Shown in pieces: positions 36,719-44,200 of a stretch of DNA of 44,200 nt; within the stretch, counting starts at the first letter, position 1; each line of letters begins with the position of its first letter. A model generated the notes under the pieces. It saw only the letters and a program-made list of their open reading frames with translations. It did not search any database and was not told the DNA's origin. This stretch comes from an uncultured Roseovarius sp. Its GTDB lineage: Bacteria > Pseudomonadota > Alphaproteobacteria > Rhodobacterales > Rhodobacteraceae. Where the stretch lies: NCBI GenBank assembly GCA_964574045.1, contig CAZNMK010000002.1, positions 1 to 44,200 on the forward strand, read 5' to 3'. Both the position numbers and the translations under genes were made by a program.

Positions 36719-37153
36719 TTGCGATTTTCACTACAGCAAGGCATCATCGCTGCACTGGCGCTGTCCGCCATCGGCCTGACCTTCGCCCTCAACAACGCGA
36801 ATGATCGGATCGAGGAACAGCGTCAGAGGATAGCGACCCTGAGGGCTGATCTCGAAACGTCTCGCTCAACGAACGCCGCAAACCAGCGGTCGATCGACGA
36901 GTGCATCGCGGAGAACTCGGCCATCATTGGGGGGCTCAGGGCGGACCTCGAGGAGGCGCAGCGGCAAGCGGCCGGCGCCATCGATGAGGCCGACCGGCTC
37001 CGCGGGGCGCTCGCAACAGAACGCCGTCGCAGGAGTGAGATCTATGCCGCCGATCCGACCGCTTCGCAATGGGCTGCCACCGCTGTACCTGCTCCTATTG
37101 CTGACCGGCTGCGCCGCGACCGAGGAGCCGCGCGAACCGCAGGTCAGGACTGA
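36719..37153 (+). CDS. Rz-like inner-membrane spanin
   Basis: N-terminal transmembrane helix, coiled coil and WAATAVP C-terminal motif; overlapped by a lipoprotein ORF. Confidence 0.7.
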   Translation: MRFSLQQGIIAALALSAIGLTFALNNANDRIEEQRQRIATLRADLETSRSTNAANQRSIDECIAENSAIIGGLRADLEEAQRQAAGAIDEADRLRGALATERRRRSEIYAADPTASQWAATAVPAPIADRLRRDRGAARTAGQD

Positions 37154-37349
37154 GGTCCGCCGGGTCGAAGTCCCGGCATACATCAGGATCCCCGACTCCC
37201 TCACCCGCGACTGTGACCGACCCAGCCTGCCGGCCGGGACTCTGGTCAACGACGATCTCGTCGAGCATGTCGAGCAGCTGGAGACCGCGCTCGATATCTG
37301 CAGCAACGACAAGGCGGCCATCCGCAGGCTGCAGCCAGCCGCCCAGTGA
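37044..37349 (+). CDS. Rz1-like outer-membrane lipoprotein spanin
   Basis: AGGAG RBS; lipobox LLTGC; Pro-rich with two further Cys (LTRDC, ICSNDK); overlaps the Rz-like gene in another frame. Confidence 0.78.
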   Translation: MPPIRPLRNGLPPLYLLLLLTGCAATEEPREPQVRTEVRRVEVPAYIRIPDSLTRDCDRPSLPAGTLVNDDLVEHVEQLETALDICSNDKAAIRRLQPAAQ

Positions 37350-38740
37350 TGGAGCTCCGCGACTACCAGCTCGAGATGCTCGAGGGCGCTCGCGAGGAGC
37401 TGCGCGCCGGGAACCGATCGCTGATCCTGCAGGCCCCCACCGGCGCCGGGAAGACCGCGCTGGCCAGCAGCATGATCCGCGGTGCCGTACAGCGGCAGCA
37501 TCGGATCTGGTTTGTTGTGCATCGCCGGGAGCTCCTTCGCCAAAGCTCGATAGCGTTCGGAGACTACGGGATCCCCCACGGGATGGTCAGTGCGGTATCG
37601 CACATGGACAAATCCCAGCCGGTCCAGATCTGCAGCATCCAGACGCTGGCCCGCCGGCTCGACCGGCTGCCGGGGCCGAGCATGATCGTCTGGGACGAGG
37701 CTCACCACCTCGCGGCCGGGACGTGGTCGAAGGTCTTCGCGCTGTACCCGACGGCGGTCCACATCGGGCTCACCGCCACACCTGAGCGGCTCGACGGCGC
37801 CGGGCTCGACGCCTACTTCAGGTCCATCGTCTGCGGCCCCTCGGTTCAGTGGCTGATCGACAACGGATACCTCGCCCCGTTCCGTTACTTCAGCGTGCCC
37901 TCGGTGAACACCGACGGCGTGCGCAGCGGCGGCGCTGACTTCAACCGGAAGGATCTCGCGCAAGCGCTCGACTCCTCCACCGTGATGGGTGATGCGGTCA
38001 GGCACTACCTGACTCATGCACACGGCCGGCGCGCGATCGTGTTCGAGGCGAGCGTGAAGCGCAGCACCGAGCTCGCCACCCGGTTCCGCGACGCCGGCGT
38101 CGCTGCCATGCACGTCGACGCTGACACGCCATCGGCTGATCGCGACCGGGCGATGGCCGACCTGCAGTCGGGCAAGCTCCGGATCATCACCAACGTGGAT
38201 CTCTTCGGCGAGGGCGTCGACGTCCCGTCGATCGAGGCGATATTCCTCTGCAGGCCGACCCAGTCTCTGACCATGTACCTGCAGCAGGTCGGGCGCGGGC
38301 TGCGGATGTCGCCCGGGAAGACGGACTGCCTGATCTTCGACCACGCGGGCAACCTTGCTCGCCACGGCTCGCCGGCCGAGGAGCGGGAGTGGTCGCTGGC
38401 CGGGCGGCCGAAGCGCGGCGACAAGGAAAAGGCGGCGACCGCAAGCCTGCGCCAGTGCGGCCAGTGCTTCGCGATGAACCCGCCGCCGGCGCTGCTGTGC
38501 CTTTCCTGCGGCGCCGAGCTCCCCCGCGCCACCCGGGAGATCGAGCAGGTGGACGGCGACCTCACCGAGATCGATATTGCGCGGCTGCGTCGGCAGGCCA
38601 AGAAAGAGCAGGCGATGGCCGGCACGCTCGAGGATCTCATCACGCTGGCCACGATGCGTGGCTACAAGAATCCGCGAACGTGGGCCGGCTACGTCATGAA
38701 GTCGCGCGAACTGAAGAAGCAGAAGAGGATGGGCGGGTGA
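37346..38740 (+). CDS. superfamily 2 (DEAH) helicase with C-terminal Zn finger
   Basis: APTGAGKT, DEAHH, TATP and QQVGRGLR motifs; CxxC...CxxC. Confidence 0.93.
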   Translation: MMELRDYQLEMLEGAREELRAGNRSLILQAPTGAGKTALASSMIRGAVQRQHRIWFVVHRRELLRQSSIAFGDYGIPHGMVSAVSHMDKSQPVQICSIQTLARRLDRLPGPSMIVWDEAHHLAAGTWSKVFALYPTAVHIGLTATPERLDGAGLDAYFRSIVCGPSVQWLIDNGYLAPFRYFSVPSVNTDGVRSGGADFNRKDLAQALDSSTVMGDAVRHYLTHAHGRRAIVFEASVKRSTELATRFRDAGVAAMHVDADTPSADRDRAMADLQSGKLRIITNVDLFGEGVDVPSIEAIFLCRPTQSLTMYLQQVGRGLRMSPGKTDCLIFDHAGNLARHGSPAEEREWSLAGRPKRGDKEKAATASLRQCGQCFAMNPPPALLCLSCGAELPRATREIEQVDGDLTEIDIARLRRQAKKEQAMAGTLEDLITLATMRGYKNPRTWAGYVMKSRELKKQKRMGG

Positions 38741-39123
38741 GCGAATCCGACCTGCTCCACGAGATCCTGAAACACGAGACGCGCGGCGACTCGCGGTTGT
38801 TCAGGCAGAATGTGGCTCAGGCTTGGGTCGGGAAGATCGTCCACCGAACGCCGACCACGATCACGCTACTGAACCCGCGCCCGCTGCACGCGGGTCTCTG
38901 CAAAGGCAGCAGTGACCTGATCGGCTGGACATCGATCGAGGTGCCGCTGGAGATGGTCGGCGAGAGGCTCGCCATCTTCACGGCGATCGAGGGCAAGTTC
39001 GGGCGTCGCGCGGCGACATCTGAGCAGGCAAGATTCATTGACGCAGTGAACCGTGCCGGCGGTCGGGCCGGGGTGGCCCGAACGCTGGAGCAAGCAAGGC
39101 AGATTCTTTCGGGAGAACGCTAG
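38737..39123 (+). CDS. VRR-NUC / PD-(D/E)xK nuclease
   Basis: GSSDLIG...AIEGK...SEQARFIDAVNRAGG pattern; GTGA overlap with the helicase gene. Confidence 0.82.
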   Translation: MSESDLLHEILKHETRGDSRLFRQNVAQAWVGKIVHRTPTTITLLNPRPLHAGLCKGSSDLIGWTSIEVPLEMVGERLAIFTAIEGKFGRRAATSEQARFIDAVNRAGGRAGVARTLEQARQILSGER

Positions 39124-41840
39124 TGCCAAAGCCAGCAACTGATATCGATGAGCTCAAGCGATCGCTGTCGATCGTCGACGTGATCGGCCGCAGTGTCGAG
39201 CTCAAGAAAGAGGGCCGCGAGTATCTCGGCCTGTGCCCGTTCCACGGCGAGAAGACGCCGTCGTTCTCGGTGGTCCCGGCGAAGGGGTTCTACCACTGCT
39301 TCGGCTGCGGCGCCCACGGCGACGCGATCGACTTCATCGTCGAGCTCAACAACATCGACCGCAACGCGAGCGGCTGGCTGTCCAAGGTCAAGGCGCTGGT
39401 CGGGGTTGAGGGCTCGGCCACACTGACCCCGATCCGCCCGGCGCCGCCTGCCCCGGTCTGGCGGCCGCTGGTGCCGGTGCCCGATGACGCCCCCGAGCTC
39501 ATCGGCGAGGACGGGGTCACGGTCGAGATCGTCAACCCGAAGCGCGCCGGAACCCCGAAGGAATTCACCCGGCTCCGCCCGGTCGACTGGTACGCCTACC
39601 GTCTGGCCGATGGCGGGCTGATCGGCTACGTCCTGAGGTGCGAACCCAAGGGCGGCGGGAAGTTCACGCCACAGATCACCTATTGCGTCGGGCCGGATGG
39701 GGCCGAGGGCTGGGCGATGGTCTCGCTGCCGGAGCCCCGGCCGCTGCTCGGGCTCGACGACCTCGCTCGGCGGGGCGGCGCCCCGGTGGTGGTGGTCGAG
39801 GGCGAAAAGGCATGGGCCGCGGCCCGGGACATGATGCCAAACTACGTCGCGGTCACATGGCCGGGCGGCACGGCAGCCGCCGGCAGGGCCAGCTGGTCGG
39901 CGCTGGCGAGCCGCAAGGTGCTGGTCTGGCCGGATGCCGACCCCGCGGGGCTGGATGCAGCACGCGCGATCGTAGGGGCTCTGGAGGCCGTTGGCTGCAC
40001 CGTCCGTATAATCAACACGGAGGGGCTCCCCAAGGGCTGGGATGCGGCCGACGCCGCCGAGCTCGAGGACTTCCAGCTGGGCCAGTTCATCAAGGACCGG
40101 GCTCAGAAGCCGGAGGTGGCACCGCCCCCGGATGAGGCTCCCGGCGAAGAGGGCAAAGATCCGGAGGCGGTGCCGGTGGACGGCGGCCTCGAGGGGCCGC
40201 AGTTCCGGTGCCTAGGGTACGACAGCGGCTACTACTATGCGATGCCCTACGCGAGCCGTCAGGTCTCAGCGGTGCCGGTGGGCGCCCTGACCAGCCGCTC
40301 GCAGCTGATCCACCTCGCCCCGCTCGACTGGTGGGGCTACCGGTTCGGCGACAAAAACGGCAAGCCGCAGTGGGATGCCGCGGCCAATGCGTTCGCCCGC
40401 TGGTGCGAGCGGGTCGGCGCTTTCGACCCGAGCCGGATCCGGGGCCGGGGCGCGTGGTTCGACGAGGGCCGGGCCGTGCTCCACCTCGGCGACCACCTGA
40501 TCGTCGACAGCGAGCGGGTCGAGATCGAGGGCTTCGAGTCCCGCTACATCTACGAGGCGAAGGCGCCGATCGAGGACGACCGCCACGCGGTGGAGCCGGC
40601 CACGGCCGAGGAGGCCACCGAGATCTACAACGTCTTCCAGAAGCTCAACTGGTCGAGCCCGGTGTTCGGCGCCCTGCTGGCCGGCTGGTGTACGCTCGCG
40701 CCGATCTGCGGGGCGCTGGCGTGGCGCCCGCACGTCTGGCTCACCGGGCGCCGGGGCTCGGGCAAGTCGTGGCTGATCGATCAGATCGTGAGGCCGGTGG
40801 TCGGCGAGGGCGCGGTCATCGTGCAGGCCACCAGCACCGAGGCTGGCGTGCGCCAGAAGATGAAGCAGGACGCCCGGCCGGTGCTGTTCGATGAGGCGGA
40901 GGCCGAGAACAAACAAGACGCCCGACGGATCCAGTCGGTGATCGAGCTCGCCCGGCAGGCGTCGAGCGAGTCGAGCGCGGAGATCGCGAAGGGCACCGTG
41001 CATGGCCACGGCCTGAGCTTCCGCACCCGGTCGATGTTCCTGATGGGCTCGATCAACGTGCCGCTCACGCAGGCTGCCGACCGGTCCCGGTTCACGGTGC
41101 TGTCGCTGGTGGCCGCCGCCTACGGGCGGGCGGGAGCCCAGCAGTTCGAGCAGCTGCAGGCCGAGGTCGAGGAGCACATCACCCCGGCGAAGACGCGCGC
41201 GGTGAGGGCTCGCATCTACCGGATGATCCCGACCATCCGCGAGAACGCGAAGCGGTTCGCCCGGGCCGCGGCCGAGGTGCTCGGCAGCCAGCGCGCCGGC
41301 GACCAGCTGGGCGCCCTGCTGGCCGGCGCCTATGCGCTGCGGTCTGACGAGGTGGTCTCGATCGAGGCGGCCCGCACTTGGATCGCAGCCCAGTCATGGG
41401 ACGAGCAGGTAGAGGCCGAGGAAGCCAGTGACGAGGGCTCGCTGCTCGACGAGATCCTGTCGGCGCAGATCCGGATCGAGGGTAACCCCGGCTATAGCGG
41501 CGGCCCGCAGTACCTGCAGCGCGCGGTGGGCGAGCTCGTGGCGGTGGCGGCCGGGCTCGAGCTCGAGCGTGACGTGAGCGGGAACATCGCCAACGACGCG
41601 CTCGGACGCCACGGGCTCCGGGTGCTCGACCACCAGCTGATGATCAGCACCACGCACTCCGAGCTCCGGCGGATCCTCGCGAACACACCGTGGGGCGCGG
41701 GCTGGTCTCGGGTTCTGGAGCGGCTGCCGCAGGCGACGGTCGGCGCATCGGTCAGGTTTGCTGGCGTCAGGCAGCGGGCCGTAGGGATTCCAGTTAACAC
41801 GCTGCCGGTTGGTCCGGCGATGGGAGATGAGGATGAGTAG
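39123..41840 (+). CDS. DNA primase-helicase (CHC2 Zn finger, Toprim, P-loop helicase)
   Basis: CPFHGEKTPSF...CFGCG; VVEGEK and WPDAD Toprim motifs; GRRGSGKS Walker A and VLFDEAE Walker B. Confidence 0.9.
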   Translation: MPKPATDIDELKRSLSIVDVIGRSVELKKEGREYLGLCPFHGEKTPSFSVVPAKGFYHCFGCGAHGDAIDFIVELNNIDRNASGWLSKVKALVGVEGSATLTPIRPAPPAPVWRPLVPVPDDAPELIGEDGVTVEIVNPKRAGTPKEFTRLRPVDWYAYRLADGGLIGYVLRCEPKGGGKFTPQITYCVGPDGAEGWAMVSLPEPRPLLGLDDLARRGGAPVVVVEGEKAWAAARDMMPNYVAVTWPGGTAAAGRASWSALASRKVLVWPDADPAGLDAARAIVGALEAVGCTVRIINTEGLPKGWDAADAAELEDFQLGQFIKDRAQKPEVAPPPDEAPGEEGKDPEAVPVDGGLEGPQFRCLGYDSGYYYAMPYASRQVSAVPVGALTSRSQLIHLAPLDWWGYRFGDKNGKPQWDAAANAFARWCERVGAFDPSRIRGRGAWFDEGRAVLHLGDHLIVDSERVEIEGFESRYIYEAKAPIEDDRHAVEPATAEEATEIYNVFQKLNWSSPVFGALLAGWCTLAPICGALAWRPHVWLTGRRGSGKSWLIDQIVRPVVGEGAVIVQATSTEAGVRQKMKQDARPVLFDEAEAENKQDARRIQSVIELARQASSESSAEIAKGTVHGHGLSFRTRSMFLMGSINVPLTQAADRSRFTVLSLVAAAYGRAGAQQFEQLQAEVEEHITPAKTRAVRARIYRMIPTIRENAKRFARAAAEVLGSQRAGDQLGALLAGAYALRSDEVVSIEAARTWIAAQSWDEQVEAEEASDEGSLLDEILSAQIRIEGNPGYSGGPQYLQRAVGELVAVAAGLELERDVSGNIANDALGRHGLRVLDHQLMISTTHSELRRILANTPWGAGWSRVLERLPQATVGASVRFAGVRQRAVGIPVNTLPVGPAMGDEDE

Positions 41841-42297
41841 CGATTCTATCGAGGAGATGCGAGAGAGCGTCGCCCACCTGTCCTATGTGATCCGCAACCT
41901 TCAGGAGGACGTCACAGCGTCAGCCGAGCGTGAGGATGCGCTGCGCGCGCAGCTTGCTTCCGAGCGAGATCGCAGGCTGCTTTGCGAATCTCTGCTCAGC
42001 GAATGGCTGAGGTTCCAGAGCGCGGAGAGCTTCGAGTCGCTGGAGAATCGAACCAAGGGGGTGGTGCAGGCGGCTGTCGATGAGTTGCTAGAGCAGCGTA
42101 AAAATACAGCTGTGCAGGAGGAGAGATCCGATGACAGTGAAACGCAGCGCCCCTCTCTAGTGATGCGCCTACAAAACTCGCCGCTAACCCGATGGCTGTG
42201 GAGGTACTGGCAGCACGACGAAACAGGACGAGCGGTTATGTTGATCTTCTGGAAGAACCCCGGCAGGCGCTGGCACGTAGTGGATTGGAAGGAGTAA
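41833..42297 (+). CDS. hypothetical protein
   Basis: Overlaps the primase stop; coiled-coil-like N-terminal half. Confidence 0.55.
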   Translation: MSSDSIEEMRESVAHLSYVIRNLQEDVTASAEREDALRAQLASERDRRLLCESLLSEWLRFQSAESFESLENRTKGVVQAAVDELLEQRKNTAVQEERSDDSETQRPSLVMRLQNSPLTRWLWRYWQHDETGRAVMLIFWKNPGRRWHVVDWKE

Positions 42298-42301
42298 GTC
42301 A

Positions 42302-42484
42302 ATGACCAGTGAAGCACAGCGCCTCGCCGCAGTCGAGGAGCTTACCGTCAGGATGACGATACCGAGGCCAGCGAACGGCAAAGGTCATCACGACGCGGCG
42401 CTCGCGTACAACACAGAGCAAGCCGAGAGGCAGGCGCGGGCCGCCATCCGCGATGCCAGACAGGACTACGCCAATGATGACTAG
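42302..42484 (+). CDS. hypothetical protein
   Basis: AAGGAG RBS. Confidence 0.6.
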   Translation: MTSEAQRLAAVEELTVRMTIPRPANGKGHHDAALAYNTEQAERQARAAIRDARQDYANDD

Positions 42485-42686
42485 TGCCGAGCGCGGGCGC
42501 GGGCGCAGAAAGCCGCGCATTCCTTTCGTCAACGCCTCTGGCTTCGGATTCTGGCGCGGGCTGCTGGCCCGCCTGTTCGGCACGCGCCTGACCGTCGACA
42601 ACGAGAGCGGCAAGATGGTCGCCTACTACTGGCGCGGCCGGCTCTACATCACCAAGTGGGCAAGCCGCACCGTGGTGCTGCCGTGA
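42474..42686 (+). CDS. hypothetical protein
   Basis: Overlaps both neighbours in operon fashion; start uncertain. Confidence 0.55.
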   Translation: MMTSAERGRGRRKPRIPFVNASGFGFWRGLLARLFGTRLTVDNESGKMVAYYWRGRLYITKWASRTVVLP

Positions 42687-43156
42687 TGATCCACCTCTCT
42701 CGATTCGCTTACCTCGAAGACTGCACGCTGGGCTGGATCCACTACAAGGGGCTCAAGCTCGCGACGATTGAGCGGCCGTGGATCTCGACGCCCGATCACC
42801 GGGGCGGGAAGAACCGCGAGAGTTGCGTGCCTGATGGCGAGTACGCGCTGCGCCACCACCACACCGAGAAGTTCCCGAACACCTATGCCCTGACCAATCC
42901 GGATCTCGACGTCTACTACCAGCCGGGCAGCGGGCGGCCCGGGCGGTACGCGATCCTGATCCACGTCGGGAACTACGTCAAGGACGTGATCGGCTGCATC
43001 GCTGTGGGCGAGCGGCACGTCAGTCAGGTTGGCGGGATGCGGATGGTGACCAGCAGCTCGGCAGCGATGGCCAGCCTGCGTCGGGCTCTCGTAAGAGAGA
43101 CGGGCCTACCCGGAATCCGGATAGGCCCGACAATGGGGACGGCGGAGATTGGCTAG
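42686..43156 (+). CDS. DUF5675-like protein, candidate endolysin (L,D-transpeptidase-like)
   Basis: TIERPW, SCVPDGEY and ILIHVGNYVKDVIGCIAVG (H...GC) motifs. Confidence 0.75.
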   Translation: MIHLSRFAYLEDCTLGWIHYKGLKLATIERPWISTPDHRGGKNRESCVPDGEYALRHHHTEKFPNTYALTNPDLDVYYQPGSGRPGRYAILIHVGNYVKDVIGCIAVGERHVSQVGGMRMVTSSSAAMASLRRALVRETGLPGIRIGPTMGTAEIG

Positions 43157-43362
43157 GCCGTGATGCTCTTCACCGCCCACATGACCGACTCCTCGAGCTT
43201 GGTCTTCGCGAGCGCGATCTCTCTGGTCTGGCGCTGATTGTTCAGCACGCTGTGCAGCTCTTCGGCTAGCGCCTTGATGCGGCTCACGACCACCATCTCA
43301 TCCGGGGTCAGCTGGCGGTAGGTGCTCCGCATCACGCTGGGCTTCACTTCATCGGGGTGCAT
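43153..43362 (-). CDS. Acb2/Tad1-like helical hairpin protein (candidate nucleotide-signal sponge)
   Basis: YRQLTPDE...RIK and REIALAKTKLEESVMWAVKSIT motifs; AAGGAG RBS. Confidence 0.65.
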   Translation of the reverse strand: MHPDEVKPSVMRSTYRQLTPDEMVVVSRIKALAEELHSVLNNQRQTREIALAKTKLEESVMWAVKSITA

Positions 43363-43365
43363 CTC

Positions 43366-43635
43366 TTACTCCTTGCTCACAAAGGATAGCGGCTCCGGCC
43401 ACTCCTGCCCGTACTCGGCAGAGTCACGGCGCGCGGCGGCGGTCCGAGCCTCGTCCACCCGGCGCATGAAGCCGAGCAAGGACCGGGCCACCTCGGGCTC
43501 GAGGAAGATCTCGTCCCCCACGTTGATCCCGTCGCTGGTGTAGAGACGGATCATGCCGCGGGTGCTGGGCTCATCGTACTGCCCGTAGACACCGTCGCCG
43601 AGATACTCCTCGATCTGGACCGGTGGGCGGCTCAT
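43366..43635 (-). CDS. conserved phage hypothetical protein
   Basis: YLGDGVY...IFLEPEV pattern; GGAGG RBS. Confidence 0.7.
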   Translation of the reverse strand: MSRPPVQIEEYLGDGVYGQYDEPSTRGMIRLYTSDGINVGDEIFLEPEVARSLLGFMRRVDEARTAAARRDSAEYGQEWPEPLSFVSKE

Positions 43636-43650
43636 GCCTCCATCTCCTCG

Positions 43651-43749
43651 TTATGCAAACAGCAGCCAGCCAATGCCGGTGCCAATCAAAACCAGAATCA
43701 ACGCTGGAATGGCCAGCGCCCATAGAATGTCTCCGTCACTGAAGTACAT
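43651..43749 (-). CDS. 32-aa single-transmembrane peptide (not in the ORF track)
   Basis: AAGGAGGT RBS; MYFSDGDILWALAIPALILVLIGTGIGWLLFA; TAA stop sits in the cassette core site. Confidence 0.6.
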   Translation of the reverse strand: MYFSDGDILWALAIPALILVLIGTGIGWLLFA

Positions 43750-43924
43750 AGATCACCTCCTTTTTCAAGCCCAGCTTTGCCAATGTGGCATCGCTTGGAT
43801 TCGTTTTCTCGCCATCTCGCAACCGCTTGAGGTATCCGGCATCAATGCCAGTTGCTCTGGCCGCTGCTCTCAATCCTCCGTACTGCGCTTCGAGCATACG
43901 CACCCTGCCGGACAGAGTTTGCAT
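43736..43924 (-). CDS. small XRE/Cro-like HTH protein (cassette-borne)
   Basis: GGLRAAARATGIDAGYLKRLRDGEKTNPSDATLAKLGL; ATG lies inside the attC inverse core (alternative ATG at 43897). Confidence 0.7.
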   Translation of the reverse strand: MQTLSGRVRMLEAQYGGLRAAARATGIDAGYLKRLRDGEKTNPSDATLAKLGLKKEVIYVLQ

Positions 43925-43979
43925 AACAAAACGGTCAAGCGGATTCGCTTCGCTCACGCGCTTACCTCCATCGTTAGCC
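43921..43979 (+). mobile_element. attC: attC integron recombination site (59 bp)
   Basis: GCATAAC...GTTAGCC; GGT[C]AAGCG pairs with CGCTTACC leaving the extra C; central GCTTCGC like site 509-568. Confidence 0.88.
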
Positions 43980-43980
43980 T

Positions 43981-44115
43981 TCAAACAACGCTTGTCCCTT
44001 CGACCCCGCGCTCCATCGCCACCTGCAGCATTTGCATTGGCGTAACCTGCGCCGGATCCGGTCGCAGCATCGCCACCTGTGCGGCGGTTGCTACCGCCAT
44101 TTCCTTCGGCTTCAT
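43981..44115 (-). CDS. 44-aa ORF resembling the N-terminus of phage ERF-family annealing proteins (possible fragment)
   Basis: GGAGG RBS; VTPMQMLQVAMERG; stops 2 bp before the attC core. Confidence 0.45.
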   Translation of the reverse strand: MKPKEMAVATAAQVAMLRPDPAQVTPMQMLQVAMERGVEGTSVV

Positions 44116-44200
44116 GTTCTGTCCTCCATTGCGTTTCTGCATTCATCGGCGACGGCCAGCAGCACATACGACCGTGCACGCGCGGCCTCGCCCCGCAGGA
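44112..44200 (-). CDS. 3' end of an ORF running in from beyond the window
   Basis: Open frame ...LRGEAARARSYVLLAVADECRNAMEDRT* with an ATGA overlap to the 44-aa ORF. Confidence 0.4.
   Translation of the reverse strand, partial: LRGEAARARSYVLLAVADECRNAMEDRT

Larger units (their letters stand above)
43651..43973 (+). mobile_element. putative integron-type gene cassette (323 bp) carrying two antisense ORFs
   Basis: Left boundary G|TTATGCAAAC (43650-43660) is the exact reverse complement of GTTTGCATAAC (43917-43927) at its own attC. Confidence 0.8.

Noticed and set aside
42183..42241. GCTAAC...GTTATGT spaced like an attC
   Set aside because: No internal palindrome or L-box arms; lies within a coding frame.
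43736..44179. 147-aa ORF as given in the ORF track
   Set aside because: The N-terminal part crosses an attC and overlaps two better-supported ORFs in other frames; only the HTH part from 43924 or 43897 looks protein-like.
1..44200. Integrase, reverse transcriptase/DGR, RNA or DNA polymerase, tRNA, CRISPR array
   Set aside because: No matching motifs, template/variable repeat pair, cloverleaf or regularly spaced identical repeats were found by eye. The three attC sites are divergent and too widely spaced to be CRISPR repeats.
44150..44200. Direct terminal repeat or exact circular join with position 1
   Set aside because: The ends share no sequence, and a direct join gives GACTAAC instead of the predicted GGCTAAC, so some bases are probably missing.

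Overview
The window is most or all of a GC-rich, ~44 kb podovirus-like tailed-phage genome. It carries a leftward early operon (SSB, a zincin, many small ORFs), an AT-rich non-coding control region with three IHF-consensus sites, terS/terL, portal, scaffold, major capsid, cement, T7-like tail tube and internal virion proteins (one a 3422-aa multidomain protein), a tail fibre, RecT plus a YqaJ exonuclease, spanins, an SF2 helicase, a VRR-NUC nuclease and a primase-helicase. I see no integrase, DNA polymerase or RNA polymerase. The main unexplained structure is three integron attC sites (1-58, 509-568, 43921-43979) with no intI gene. They delimit small cassettes whose ORFs all lie antisense to the attC but in the same direction as the phage early operon. 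Core/inverse-core complementarity defines two complete cassettes (53-562 and 43651-43973). Removing the array in silico rebuilds an intact phage gene end that overlaps the next gene by ATGA, which suggests the two window ends are near neighbours on a circular map. Other notable items: a 92-nt hairpin RNA candidate whose loop is complementary to a ribosome-binding motif shared by several phage genes, an ORF nested in the giant virion gene, a subtilisin island inside the head module, and an Acb2/Tad1-like sponge candidate. All product calls come from motif recognition and gene order; no database searches were run.
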